Assembly: GCA_018398765.1 (NCBI GenBank)
Contig: JAHBMJ010000233.1
Location: forward strand, 1-52,765
Direction of reading: 5' to 3'
DNA length: 52,765 bases
Source: Chromera velia
Taxonomy: Eukaryota
Positions 1-10,538 of this stretch are shown piece after piece. The position numbers and the translations under genes are program-made. The notes under the pieces were generated by a model. The model was not told the DNA's origin. It made no database searches and saw only the letters and a list, made by a program, of their open reading frames with translations. Positions within the stretch are counted from its first letter, which is position 1, and each line of letters begins with the position of its first letter.

Positions 1-1707
1 TAGTGACCATGTTTGATTTGATTATATTTGATTTGATTTGATTTGATTTGATTTGAGCTTCAACCTCAAATATTTGATATTTGAGGTAAGATTTGAGGTT
101 AACCTCTTAGGGTTCCTCACTGAGTTACTGACTTACTGTCACTCTGATCATTTTTCTCATGACAATAGTTATCAGAACATTTCTGATGTGTGTTTCAAAA
201 ATTAAAAAAATATATATATAAAATTATAAATTATTAGTTCCGTAAAAAAAATATGCCTGTGTGGCAGTGTATATACACTAGTCACTGAGACTCACTCTAG
301 TACTAATAGAGATTAAGAACGTAAAATTGATAGATTTGAAATTGCATATGACTTTTTATTGATACGATAAAGTTAGAGCACGTACCAAAATTGAGGTGAC
401 AATCACTCAGCTTTATGGCACTTCCTTTTCCTCTTCTTCCCTATAATATAGTTTGCTTGTAAAACTTTAAACTTTAACTTTAAACCTTTAAAAGTAAATA
501 TGCAACCAGACATACAAAAGTTGATCTAAAAGACGTTGCTAGAGAAGTTGATTTCATTTATATCGTTGCAGGCAAAGTTGCTGCTTTATTAACTAGTAGA
601 TATACTAATTATGCAAAAGTTTCACAACTCTGAAAACGAGGTATGTAATGCATTACTATATTAATCATAATTCTCACAAAAACTCCAAGAAACAACTTTG
701 ATATAAATTCAAACGACCGGTGACTTTGGTCTTCTAGGGTCCTTCCCTAGAAAATCCACTTCTTTTTTTGCCATAATTACTTCCCCTAAAAGACGGTGGC
801 GGCTGCTTGCAACCGCTACCCCCACAGGCCTCTTTTCAATGTATGCCAACGTTGGCGCAACATCTTTGATATTTGTCAATTCAAAGTCTTCCAGCCGCGC
901 GATCGAAGAGTCGGATGATGAGTGAGCCTATGATACCACTTGGGCTCTGACCAACTGCAGGGCATAACATGCAAGTTCCGTTCACGTTTATTCACCTAGA
1001 GTGAGACAGTATAGTTCCATACTAGTTAGCATACTGCTGTCACGTAAAACCACATCCACAGTAATTAATGAGTACACTTAATTTAGTGTACTGTATACTT
1101 ACTGCCACTGTCAAAGTTGACTAACAGATACTATAGAACAGCCTGCGATACATGGTTAAAGCTTATGAGCCTTACAGTCCTTTCTCATGAGCCGCTTCTT
1201 TTTTTCTGTTAGATCCCCTAAATTTTCTATGACCCAATGTTTTTAGCTGAAGCTTTTTCTCAAGCTGCCTGTGTGCATGCGATTGATTATCGCACGTACG
1301 CTTACGAGTTTGGAATGCGATGTACTTCTGCAAGAGGATGAGGGGCCTTCCGAGGGTCGCTGCTGTTTGAAAGACCCAACTGAAGGGTGAGGCTGGAGGA
1401 CAATTTCAAGCAAAACAACAGAGACTAAAGGCGAAACGAGCGCGTGATTGAATTCAGGCGTAGGCCAGAAGAGACGTCAGGCAGAGACGTGAGTAGTATG
1501 TACAGTACACCCGTCCACTATACAAATCTCTCTGCTATCTGGGCTGGACGGATGGACCGTATGAACGAAGGAAGCAGTTCGCCTCTCGATCCGATTCAGC
1601 CATGCACTGCCAGAGAGATGTAATCGACACCCGGACCATCAACCCCCCCTCTTTTCCGTTCTCGCAGTCCCGTCCGGTCAGTCTGCAGCATCCTGCACAG
1701 CGTCAGC

Positions 1708-3886
1708 CTACCCTCCCCCGCCTTCCTCCTGATCTTCACCGACGGCATTGGCTTCTTCCTGTGGGCTTGTCAGGGGCTGTCTCGTCTCGTCTCCGTCTCT
1801 CTTGGGCTGCATTGCAGGGCACAGGATGTATCTGATGCATACGGGTTTGCAAGCGGGAAGAAGGCAGGGAGAGAAGAAAGAAAGGAAAGAAGGAACGAGA
1901 CGGACACAGTGAAAGAAGAAGGGGCTTGCGAGAGAAACACACACACAGACACACACACACACACACAGACACACACACAGGGGGGGGGGGGGGAGGGGGA
2001 GATGGAGAGGGAGACGGAGACTGAGAGAGACAGGGGGACAAAGAAAGAGGCAATCACTGAAGCAAATTGCACGAACCTTGATGCAGAACACCACGATGAG
2101 TACGATAGGCACCGAAACGCATGCCAGGATCACACAACCGAAGATACTCCACCACATGAGCGGCCTTTCTCTGAACCCCGACCAAACGTATGCCTTCCAT
2201 CCAGACGCGACGTCTACCTCTCCCCGGTCCTCTCTTTCATCCTCCTCAGATTCTTCTAGGTTTTCCTCTGACACGATCGGCTGCGGCCCTCTCTCTGAGT
2301 GGGGGACGCCTGCTGCTGACTCCTCCTCCTTTTCTAGTTCAATCTCCTCTTCATCCTCATCTTCTGTCACTCCATCGTCCGACGTCACGTCTCCTGGGAC
2401 CGTCACCTTGTCCTCTCCCTCGTCATCCTTCTCCCCTCTTCCTCTTCTCCTCTGTCCAGAGGGATGTCCACTGTGCCCTTCTCGGCCCTCTCTGCTGTCG
2501 TCATCAGGGTCACTGCGCCAGCACTGGTGTTGGTAAAGGCGGTGGGAACTGCCAAGGCTGCAAAGGGAGGGTTGATCGGGTAGATGATCGGCATTCGGGG
2601 GGAGGTCAGACAAGATGAGAGAAAGAGGGCATTCACGGACAGTATGTGCAGCTGGTCATGTGACACATGCGTTTTTCTTTTTGCAGGGAAATGCGTGCGG
2701 TTCCTATGTCAAAAAGAACGTGCATGCGAAGCTGGTCTATCGAGATGTGGAAGACCCATCTACTCTGGATGAGTCTCTCTACTCCTGAGACCCTTAGTTT
2801 ATCCTCTTCGATATATCTAACTGGACTTCAAGAAGCAGTGCAAAAAAGAGGTGGAAAGGGAGGGGACAGTATTGAAAGGGGACATTCACAGGTGTTTTCT
2901 TAAGGGCAAGAAACGTCACTTTCCTTTGCATACCTGAAACAAAGGCCACCTGGAAAGAAACACCCACTGCGCGCACACACAGTTCTTCGATCACTGGTGT
3001 GTCGATCTAGCTGTGCAGCATGCAGTCACTGGACCCACCCACGTACCTGTGAAGTCAAATCGAGGATCGCCGTCTCCAACCCCCAGAGACCCGTAGCTGT
3101 TCCTCCCTGCCCCCAACCACCCCCCATCCCCTGTCCTCACAAACGAATTCCAGGACATCGTCATAGCAGAGGGAAGACCAGAGACGCCAGAGAGAGAGGG
3201 GACAGAGGTGAACACGCGGACTGTCCCACTCTGCTTCTCTCCCAGACCTAGACACGGGCCGCGCGAACCGGAGACCTTCACGGAACCGTCCTGTGAGAGA
3301 AAGGGGGACAAAGTGAGTGGAGAATGTAGTATGTGTCGGTTTCACTTGGTCTCTTCCTGGCTCGTTTGTGTAGCATTTCAATTTCCCATATCGATTTCTT
3401 AGCCGGACAGCATGAAGCTTTTTTCGTTTCGCTTTCTTCTCTCTCTCTCTCTCTTTTTCCCTTTCTTTCTCACTCCCTCGCTTCCTCCCCCCCCNCTGGA
3501 CACACCCACCAACATTCAATTCACGTCTCCCTGCAGGTCCTGAATCGAACAAAGCAACCAACCAACCCTTTTGAGAATCAGAGAGTGCCAGTAACCAGCG
3601 CGCGCCTCTCTAACGCCCCCGTTGAAGAGGATGGTGGGGTTTGCGTCGGGTCTGAAGAAGCGGTTAGAGCCAAGACCGAGCTGCCCTTGGTGATTTGATC
3701 CCCACCCCCACAACTGTCCGTCTTCTGTCCAAGCAAGCATATGGAAGACCCCCAAGCTAAGGCCGATGAAGTACTTCTTGGGGTTCCAGAACTCGTCGGA
3801 CTTCACAACCAACTCCTGAGGGGTGAAGGCGTGATAGGTCCTGTGCGTGGTCGCCCACCTCCAGAAGGAAAAGGACTTCTTCTCCT

Positions 3887-3927
<41 letters not shown>

Positions 3928-3958
3928 CACGCACGCACACACACACACACACACACAC

Positions 3959-4035
<77 letters not shown>

Positions 4036-4046
4036 CAGAGACAGAC

Positions 4047-4083
<37 letters not shown>

Positions 4084-6692
4084 CAGACACAGACACAGAC
4101 ACAGACACACAGACACATACACACACACACACACATGCACACACACATGCAGTGATTTCTTCGTTGGGGGGTGATCTTTCCCTGTCGTACTTGTCAGCAA
4201 AAACATTTTCCCCCTATGTCCGATCTGCTTAATTCTGCAGCTTCGTCCAACCTCACGTCAGACTGGAGAGACAGACTGCTAGAGAGAGAACAGGAATAAG
4301 AAATCACGCCCCCCAAGCACATCGAAGAGGCATGCATGCATGCAGACTCAAATGGTCTAGAGAAAGAACGAGGCAGAGGTCCATTCCAAAACTCTGTCGA
4401 CATTTCCAACATGCAGCACGCACGCACGCCTCCGCAGTCATGCAGTGCGGCCAAAGACCTTCTGCCGCAACTTTGCCCTCCCGATCCGCCTCTCTTTCTG
4501 TCTAAAAGAAAGAATAGTCACCGAGAGTAAAGTTGAAGCAATCAATCATCAGAAGCCCAAGCAGCTGCCACCAACCGATAGACCTACCTTCACTCTGCCC
4601 CCCGTTCTGTATCCCCAAAGAAAAATCTGCTGTTCCCCCGTTAGTGCCGCACTCTTGGAGGACCGAGCGTAAACTGAAGCAACGCCCTTGCCGGACAGAT
4701 CCGTCACCACCGTTGGAGTCGCAAGGTGCCTCTGACGCTTCCCGTGCCCCAACTGGCCCCAGTGACCCTGACCCCAGGTGAACACGTTTCCATTGAAGTC
4801 CAAAGCGATGCTGTAAGCAGGAAGGTACGGAGAGAGGAGAACAAAGAAATGCGAAACCGTCCGCCTGTCTTTCTGGTTGCATCTCCATGTGTCCATCTGT
4901 GCGGCCATCTTCTTTCTTCCCTTCTCTTCTCATCTCATCTCTCATTACTTATATCTTGTTCGTCTCTCGCGATCTGTCATGGCGCCCTCCACCAACCTTT
5001 CCGCCCTCACTTCCTTGTTACCTGACTCACTGACAGACAGACCATAGACCATATGTTTCACAGACAGACAGACAGGCAGACAGACTTAAGACAGTTGGGC
5101 ACACAGAAAGAGCCCTCACTGACTTGTGGTGCCTCCCACAGGCGATGTCTTGGATGCTCTTGAGTCTGGAAATCTGGAAAGGCGAGTGCGGCGTTGCGTC
5201 AGAACGGCCCTTGCCAAGCTGTCCTGCCCAATTCGCACCGAAGGCAATGACCGTGCCGGCTTTCATGAGGACAAGCGTGTGGCTGTTCCCTGTGCATGCC
5301 TTCAGAGCCTTGTCCACACCCGGGACTTTGGTGGGAACGGAAGTGTAGCTGCCCTCGCACATTCATTCACCCTCCATATGCAGGCAGGCAGAGAAGCAAG
5401 AGATCGCTTGTAGATCGTGCACACCCTTGGTGTCTGTGAAGAGAGAGACGGTGAACATCACGGCGAAAGGAGACGCCGGACCGCTTGGCTCCGCCTCCCT
5501 TTTTGTGAGCAAATCTTCCGCCTGCACTGGGTTTTTCTGTCGAGTTCACTCTCTCTTTCTAGCCATCGAGCAGACTTCATTCGAACTGAAAGAAAAGGAA
5601 AACCTTCATTGAAAACATTGAAAATGTTACGTCGATGTGTCTGTCTGTCTGTTGACTGACAAGACGACAGTGGTGCCCAGTCCAAGTTGGCCCCTGCGGT
5701 TACTTCCCCAAGCGTACACCTGCCCCGTGTCCCTTTCGATTCCGACTGTATGGTGCTCGCCGGAGACGATGTCGGAAAAGATGACTGAGCACAGCAAGAG
5801 TGCGCACAGACAAAAGTGAAGCAAGGAGAAGGGATAGCAGGTCCCATACAAATACACGTGAAGGAACAGGGAAGAGGTAAGACAGACTCACAAAAGCTGG
5901 TCCATCGGGAACAAAACAGAGCAAGAAGACGGCATGGGAGACAAAAAAGGGGCTGCACGTGCGTTTTGGTGGGGGAGGGAGATGGCAGACAATTAAGGAG
6001 GTCGGCTGGCCAAAGCAGCAGAGGACGCAGACGTACCGCCATCCGGGGCCACCCCATCATTCCGCCGTCTGTCTCCAACAACTGCACAAACACCGAAAAG
6101 AAGACCTCAATTCAATGTGACCAACAGACAGGCGACTAGTCCAGTGAGTGGATTTCTGATGAGAGTACAGGACGTATCTACAAGCTGAAAACAACAACGT
6201 CACTTCGGCACATCTCAAGATCGTGTAATGCAAGCACCGTCAGTTCGGCTTCCTCTGCCGAAAGGATGTTTCAAAAGGTGTGAAGGAGTTTCTACGCGCT
6301 TTACACGATGTACGTGGAAAACCATTTGGTTCCACAGTCGAAGGGACACATCGGATCAGAAAAGAGAATACAGAAGGAACTGGCTCGATCAACGTCCACA
6401 GAGAGTTCTGAACTCCCCACATCCGAAAGAGATGTGAGGAAAAGCAGGGGACGGACTACAAATGTCGTGAGTGATAAGGGAGAAAGGCAACGAAGCGGGA
6501 TATACAGGTCCTTGAGATGGTCAAACGCGCTTGTCTCCAGACGAAAGGTGTGCCGCAACATGGTAGACGGTTGACAATTGACGATTTCCGAAGAGGAGAG
6601 CCTTCAAGATCCTTTTAGAGAGGGAGTCAGACACGGGGCTCACCTGATTGTGTGATGAGGAGAAGGGTGGCAACAGCAACAACTCGCAGCAT
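1708..6692 (-). CDS. Signal-peptide + RCC1/BLIP-II repeat beta-propeller + acidic linker + C-terminal TM helix (type I membrane protein, ~607 aa, 10 exons)
   Basis: Phase-consistent GT-AG exon chain: 6692-6644 ([16 protein letters not shown], signal-like), 6081-6037, 5784-5661, 5348-5124, 4810-4588, 3884-3567, 3290-3047, 2949-2934, 2557-2077, 1806-1708. Repeated RCC1 motifs ([92 protein letters not shown]). TM segment [25 protein letters not shown]. Confidence 0.85.
3889..4148. repeat. Compound intronic microsatellite (CA)n-(GA)n-(GACAGA)n-(GACA)n-(GACACA)n
   Basis: Directly visible tandem repeats abutting the 3' splice site of the 3884-3567 exon. Confidence 0.95.
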
Positions 6693-6949
6693 CGAATCGT
6701 TGAAAGCTCTGTCTGGATGCACGTGAAAAGTGTTGCTGTCAGGAACTGTCTCAGATGTCCGGCCGTCAGCCAACAAACGTACTCGTGAGCGAAGCTTCAG
6801 CTTGTACCAGAAGACAAAGAGATTAAAGTGCTGGAGTCTCGGTGATTTCAATCCAACGCGGACCCTCGTATGTACCAAGGATCGAGAGACCATTCTGACG
6901 CTTTTGTGACGCCATCTCACGCCGCGTGTCGACCACGAGCTTTCACGAC

Positions 6950-7070
6950 GGGCGCGGCCGGTGGATTGCGGAGGCATCACTCGGCGCGCGCGCGCGCGCG
7001 CGGGCCGCGGCCCGGCCCGTTTTTTGGACGGGCCGCGGCCCGCGGCTGCAATGTAATGCATGCATGCACC
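6950..7070. promoter_or_regulatory. GC-rich putative promoter of the RCC1 gene with (CG)n, repeated GGGCCGCGGCCC boxes and TGCATGCATGCA
   Basis: ~260-380 bp upstream of the ATG at 6692. TGCATGCA is the known binding site of apicomplexan ApiAP2 factors of the AP2-Sp type. Confidence 0.5.
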
Positions 7071-8324
7071 GTCTCTCTCTCGACTTCATTCTGACTGCAT
7101 GTCACCTTAATACTTGCAGTCTTCAAGTTGGGGTTCTGTGCGTTGCACTCTGCGTGGGCTTAGTCCCGCGGGCCTCGATGGGGATGCGGCGCCCCTCGAA
7201 TGGCGGAAGAGGAAAATCTGATATACAGAGTAAGGTGTCATCATCTTGGAGCCAGTCTAAGTTGAGGGCACCGTACTCTTTGTGATGTCGTAAGGCCAAG
7301 AGGCAAACTTTTACATCAATGACGCCTGCGGCTGCTGCGCTGAGTGCTGCGATGGGTGCCTAGGCAACTGTGGCCACGGGGGGTGTATGCCCAGAGTTCC
7401 TCGTGCGCAGAAGAGAAAGAGAGAAGTCACAGAGAACGAGGCAAAAAAATTATGCACAGTGGGGGAAGAAAAAGTAGACAAGATCAAATGGAGAACCTTC
7501 ATAATACTCTACCAGAAAGCAACGGGAGGGTGGAAAGGGGAGGAAGGGAGTGGATGCAGGTGATGGCATTAAATACAAGGTGTGAAAATGAATCATGCAG
7601 GCATTAATTATTAATAATTAAATGTTTTCGAAGATCATGTCCGCCCGAATCTCTGGCCGGGCTCCCCGTGCTAGCTAATTAATGTACTATTCGGATTAAT
7701 ACCCGGGATTATAACAAATTAAGATAGATAAAGCCAGCGAGCCACCACTTAGGCTATGGCCAACGGTGCTAACCGTGAGACATGATATGCAACGTTTGGT
7801 TGTGCATAAACCCAAAACAATGGTGACTCATTAGCACTGCATGGCAGTCAGAGATAACCTGAGCTTAGACCTCTAAGCTCTCGCTAAATTCTTTCGCTTG
7901 ACCTCTTGAAATCAAGCTAATTTAGCTATCAGATATCTTCGGTGGATTCTTTGTATACATTGGTATGGAATTATATCTTTGATAAGTTATGGGCATTCAT
8001 CTGAATGTGTATTATTTTTATTCTAGCTTTCATTTCATAGAATTTTACTTAAAAATTTTAATTCAAAATAAAAACTCGAAATCTTCTGAAGATTGCATGC
8101 TTTTGAATATAGTAGACCGAAATGCAAATTGAAATTTTAAGTCTAGTTTAGTTTACTTTTTAATCGATTTAATTAACTAGATATCTATATCCGTATAAAC
8201 CATGCATGCATACTACATCACACTACGGGTTTCCGCGGAAGTGTCCCGGTGGAAGTTAAACCGTGGAACCGTTTTCCCGAGGTCCATCGCAGTGCTTTTC
8301 AAGCCATCAAAGATCCAATTTTCA

Positions 8325-9966
8325 TCATATTGGGGCACTGGAAGCAAGTTTGGGAGTCGACGGGTTTCTTACTTCGCTGTCTCGGAGAGCCTCGGCTCTT
8401 CTTTTCTTTTTTTGTCGCTTTGCTCTCATGAGGTTCCGTTGGACTAAGCGGGTACGAAGTTTGGATTTGTTCTTGATGGACGTGTAGCTGAATGAGGTCT
8501 CATCAGGCACATGACCGAGGTCGCATTGCTGCCAACATGACGCCGAGCCAGAAGAAGAAATTCCTGCCTCGTCCAGTCGCCGTAGAACCTCTGCCCCGAT
8601 TTGATTTTGCCCCCTCAACAAAAAATCAGCAGCCTGCGCGTGAAGACATTTCACATCTTCGTTGTTTGTCACAGACGCAAGACCAGACTGTTGCATGTTC
8701 TCTGCAGCTGCTTCTCCCCAGTGGACCTTCATCTCCTCGTATGCCGTGCCGTTATCCGACAAAATGTACCGCATCTGACGGAACTCATCGTTCACCCGTG
8801 CATAGTCTTCCTGCCATTCAGGACGCTCCCCCAGTTCCGCACTCAGGGCCTTCACTGCCCCCTCAGCCTCCCACTGGTCGATTGCACCCACCAACCAAGG
8901 ACATGTCAACCTCTGCAGTCCGCTGTAGTACACTGGAGGGCCCTTGCCGCTCCTCTTGACGCGAAACTCGGACGCGTAGGCCTGAGGGAAACCGTGCCGG
9001 CAGCGGCAGTTCTTCGCGACTCCCAGCGCATTCACTCTCCTCATTTCCTGACGATGCTGCAGCAAGGCCAGGCAAAGGGAGAGAACAGAAAAATAGGCGC
9101 CCCAGAGACAAGAGGCGCAGTTGCATGCGACTTAAGTCGGACAGAAAAGCGGAACAGTGGGCGAGGGGGATGGCGAAAGAGACGGCAAATGAACAGGAGG
9201 AGAAAAGATATACAGATCGACATCAGCACAGAATAACAGGCACAAACCACTGCAGAATCACGGAGTGAGTGGGGATGGAGCGAGGCAGAGAAGGAAAGCG
9301 GAAGGGAGAGCACGGAACGGATACTGCGAGAGAGGGGGAAGAGAAGAGAAGAGAAGAGAAGAGAAGAGGGCAAGGGGAGCATGGTGGACGGGAGGCAAGG
9401 GAGGAGGGAAAGGCAGAATTAAGAGAAAGAGAAACGGCTGAAGGAGAGATTAATGGCACGATCAGGAGAAGAACTGAGGCCTTTGGGAGACTGAAGGTGC
9501 GCAGGCACGAAAGAGAATCAAGATCCTTCTTGCGCCTGAATGTGGACTCGTGGGACGTATGGAGCGGCTGCGAGAGCAGAGTGTGGCTGGATGGAAAGAC
9601 ATTGGTGAGTGCAAAGGGAAGCGAAGAGGCCAACGAAGTACCTGGGAAAGGGCAGCAACGGCGAGATTGAACAGATGGATGAGTTGACAGTCAATGGCAT
9701 GGAAAACTGACCTGAATTACGTTCACCTCTTCCTCAGTTGGGGGGCGCAAAGTAGAGAACAGTTCATGCTGAGGCAGTGAAACCTCTGCCCCCCCCTCCG
9801 TCTTGTCAGTCTCGGGAATCTGAGCCTCTGTTTGTTGGACGGTAGATAACGCAAGTTTTGTGTCTGTTGTTCTGGTGTTGGAAGGGATAAGGGACTTCGG
9901 AAGGAACGCCACCGAGGGTGCCCAGCGCAATAGAGCAAGCACAAGAGCCCACCCTAGTCGAACCAT
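8325..9966 (-). CDS. DUF501-family protein with bipartite (signal + transit) presequence, probably plastid-targeted (~328 aa, 2 exons)
   Basis: Exon 9966-9712 (MVRLGWALVLALLRWAPSVAFLPKSL.., Phe after predicted cleavage, then Ser/Thr-rich) joins in phase 0 to 9056-8325. That exon carries DUF501 hallmarks CRHGFP, RLTCPWLVGAIDQWEAEG and VKCLHAQAADFL..NQIG. Confidence 0.85.
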
Positions 9967-10226
9967 GGAAAGAACACAGACACGGCACAACTGAAGAAAC
10001 GAGACGGCAAGGAGACGGAGAAACGCGTTTGACCCGAACCCCCCGAATGCTCAGAATGCGGAACCTTTCTACTAATCTGCACTTAACAACTCGCAAGTTG
10101 GTCTCTGATCTGACTACATGCGACATTGATGCTCCGGATAGGACTGCTTCGACGTCACAACGCTGTCGATGATTCCTGCACTGCATGAGACGAGCGTGAT
10201 CGAGTTTCAGTTTGAATTCAGTTTGT

Positions 10227-10273
10227 CAAGGTTGCATGCATGCACCTTGCTCGCGCGCGCATAACGCGCGTAG
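10227..10273. promoter_or_regulatory. Bidirectional promoter core: near-palindrome CAAGGTTGCATGCATGCACCTTG followed by TCGCGCGCGCATAACGCGCG
   Basis: Lies midway in the 572-bp gap between divergent ATGs at 9966 (-) and 10539 (+). Contains tandem TGCATGCA ApiAP2-type sites. Confidence 0.55.
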
Positions 10274-10538
10274 TCTTCGCTAAATTTTGTTTCCAGTGCA
10301 TCCGTCGATGATCGAATTAACGCCCTCTCAACGGCAGAAATTTACAGCTGCATGTTTGCAAACTGGCAGGGGCTGTCAGAATACTGAGGAGTTTGCACAG
10401 TGTTTCCCCTCCTCGAGTGCAATCACCAGCAGAAATCTGCTTCCCAGGAAGTGAACAGACAATAATAAAAGAACGACAGCTTTTTGTGTCTCGCAGTTCT
10501 ACTCCAATCAACCCGTCTACCTGTCTCCCGAAAAACGC

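Noticed and set aside
461..492. AAACTTT-like repeats as interstitial telomere
   Set aside because: Only about four degenerate units, lacking the CCC/GGG core of TTTAGGG/TTAGGG repeats.
2430..2440. Programmed or erroneous frameshift in a G run joining the two frames of the RCC1 stalk exon
   Set aside because: A canonical 16-nt microexon at 2934-2949 explains the phase without a frameshift; kept only as an alternative.
3495..3495. Ambiguous base n
   Set aside because: Assembly ambiguity or gap marker inside an intron after a C run; not biological, although hidden sequence there cannot be excluded.
3741..4232. ORFs rich in HT/CV/RE/SL dipeptides (also around 17830-18164, 19831-20192, 26864-27597, 33738-34078, 51188-51874)
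   Set aside because: Translations of intronic (CA)n/(GA)n/(TGTTG)n microsatellites, not proteins.
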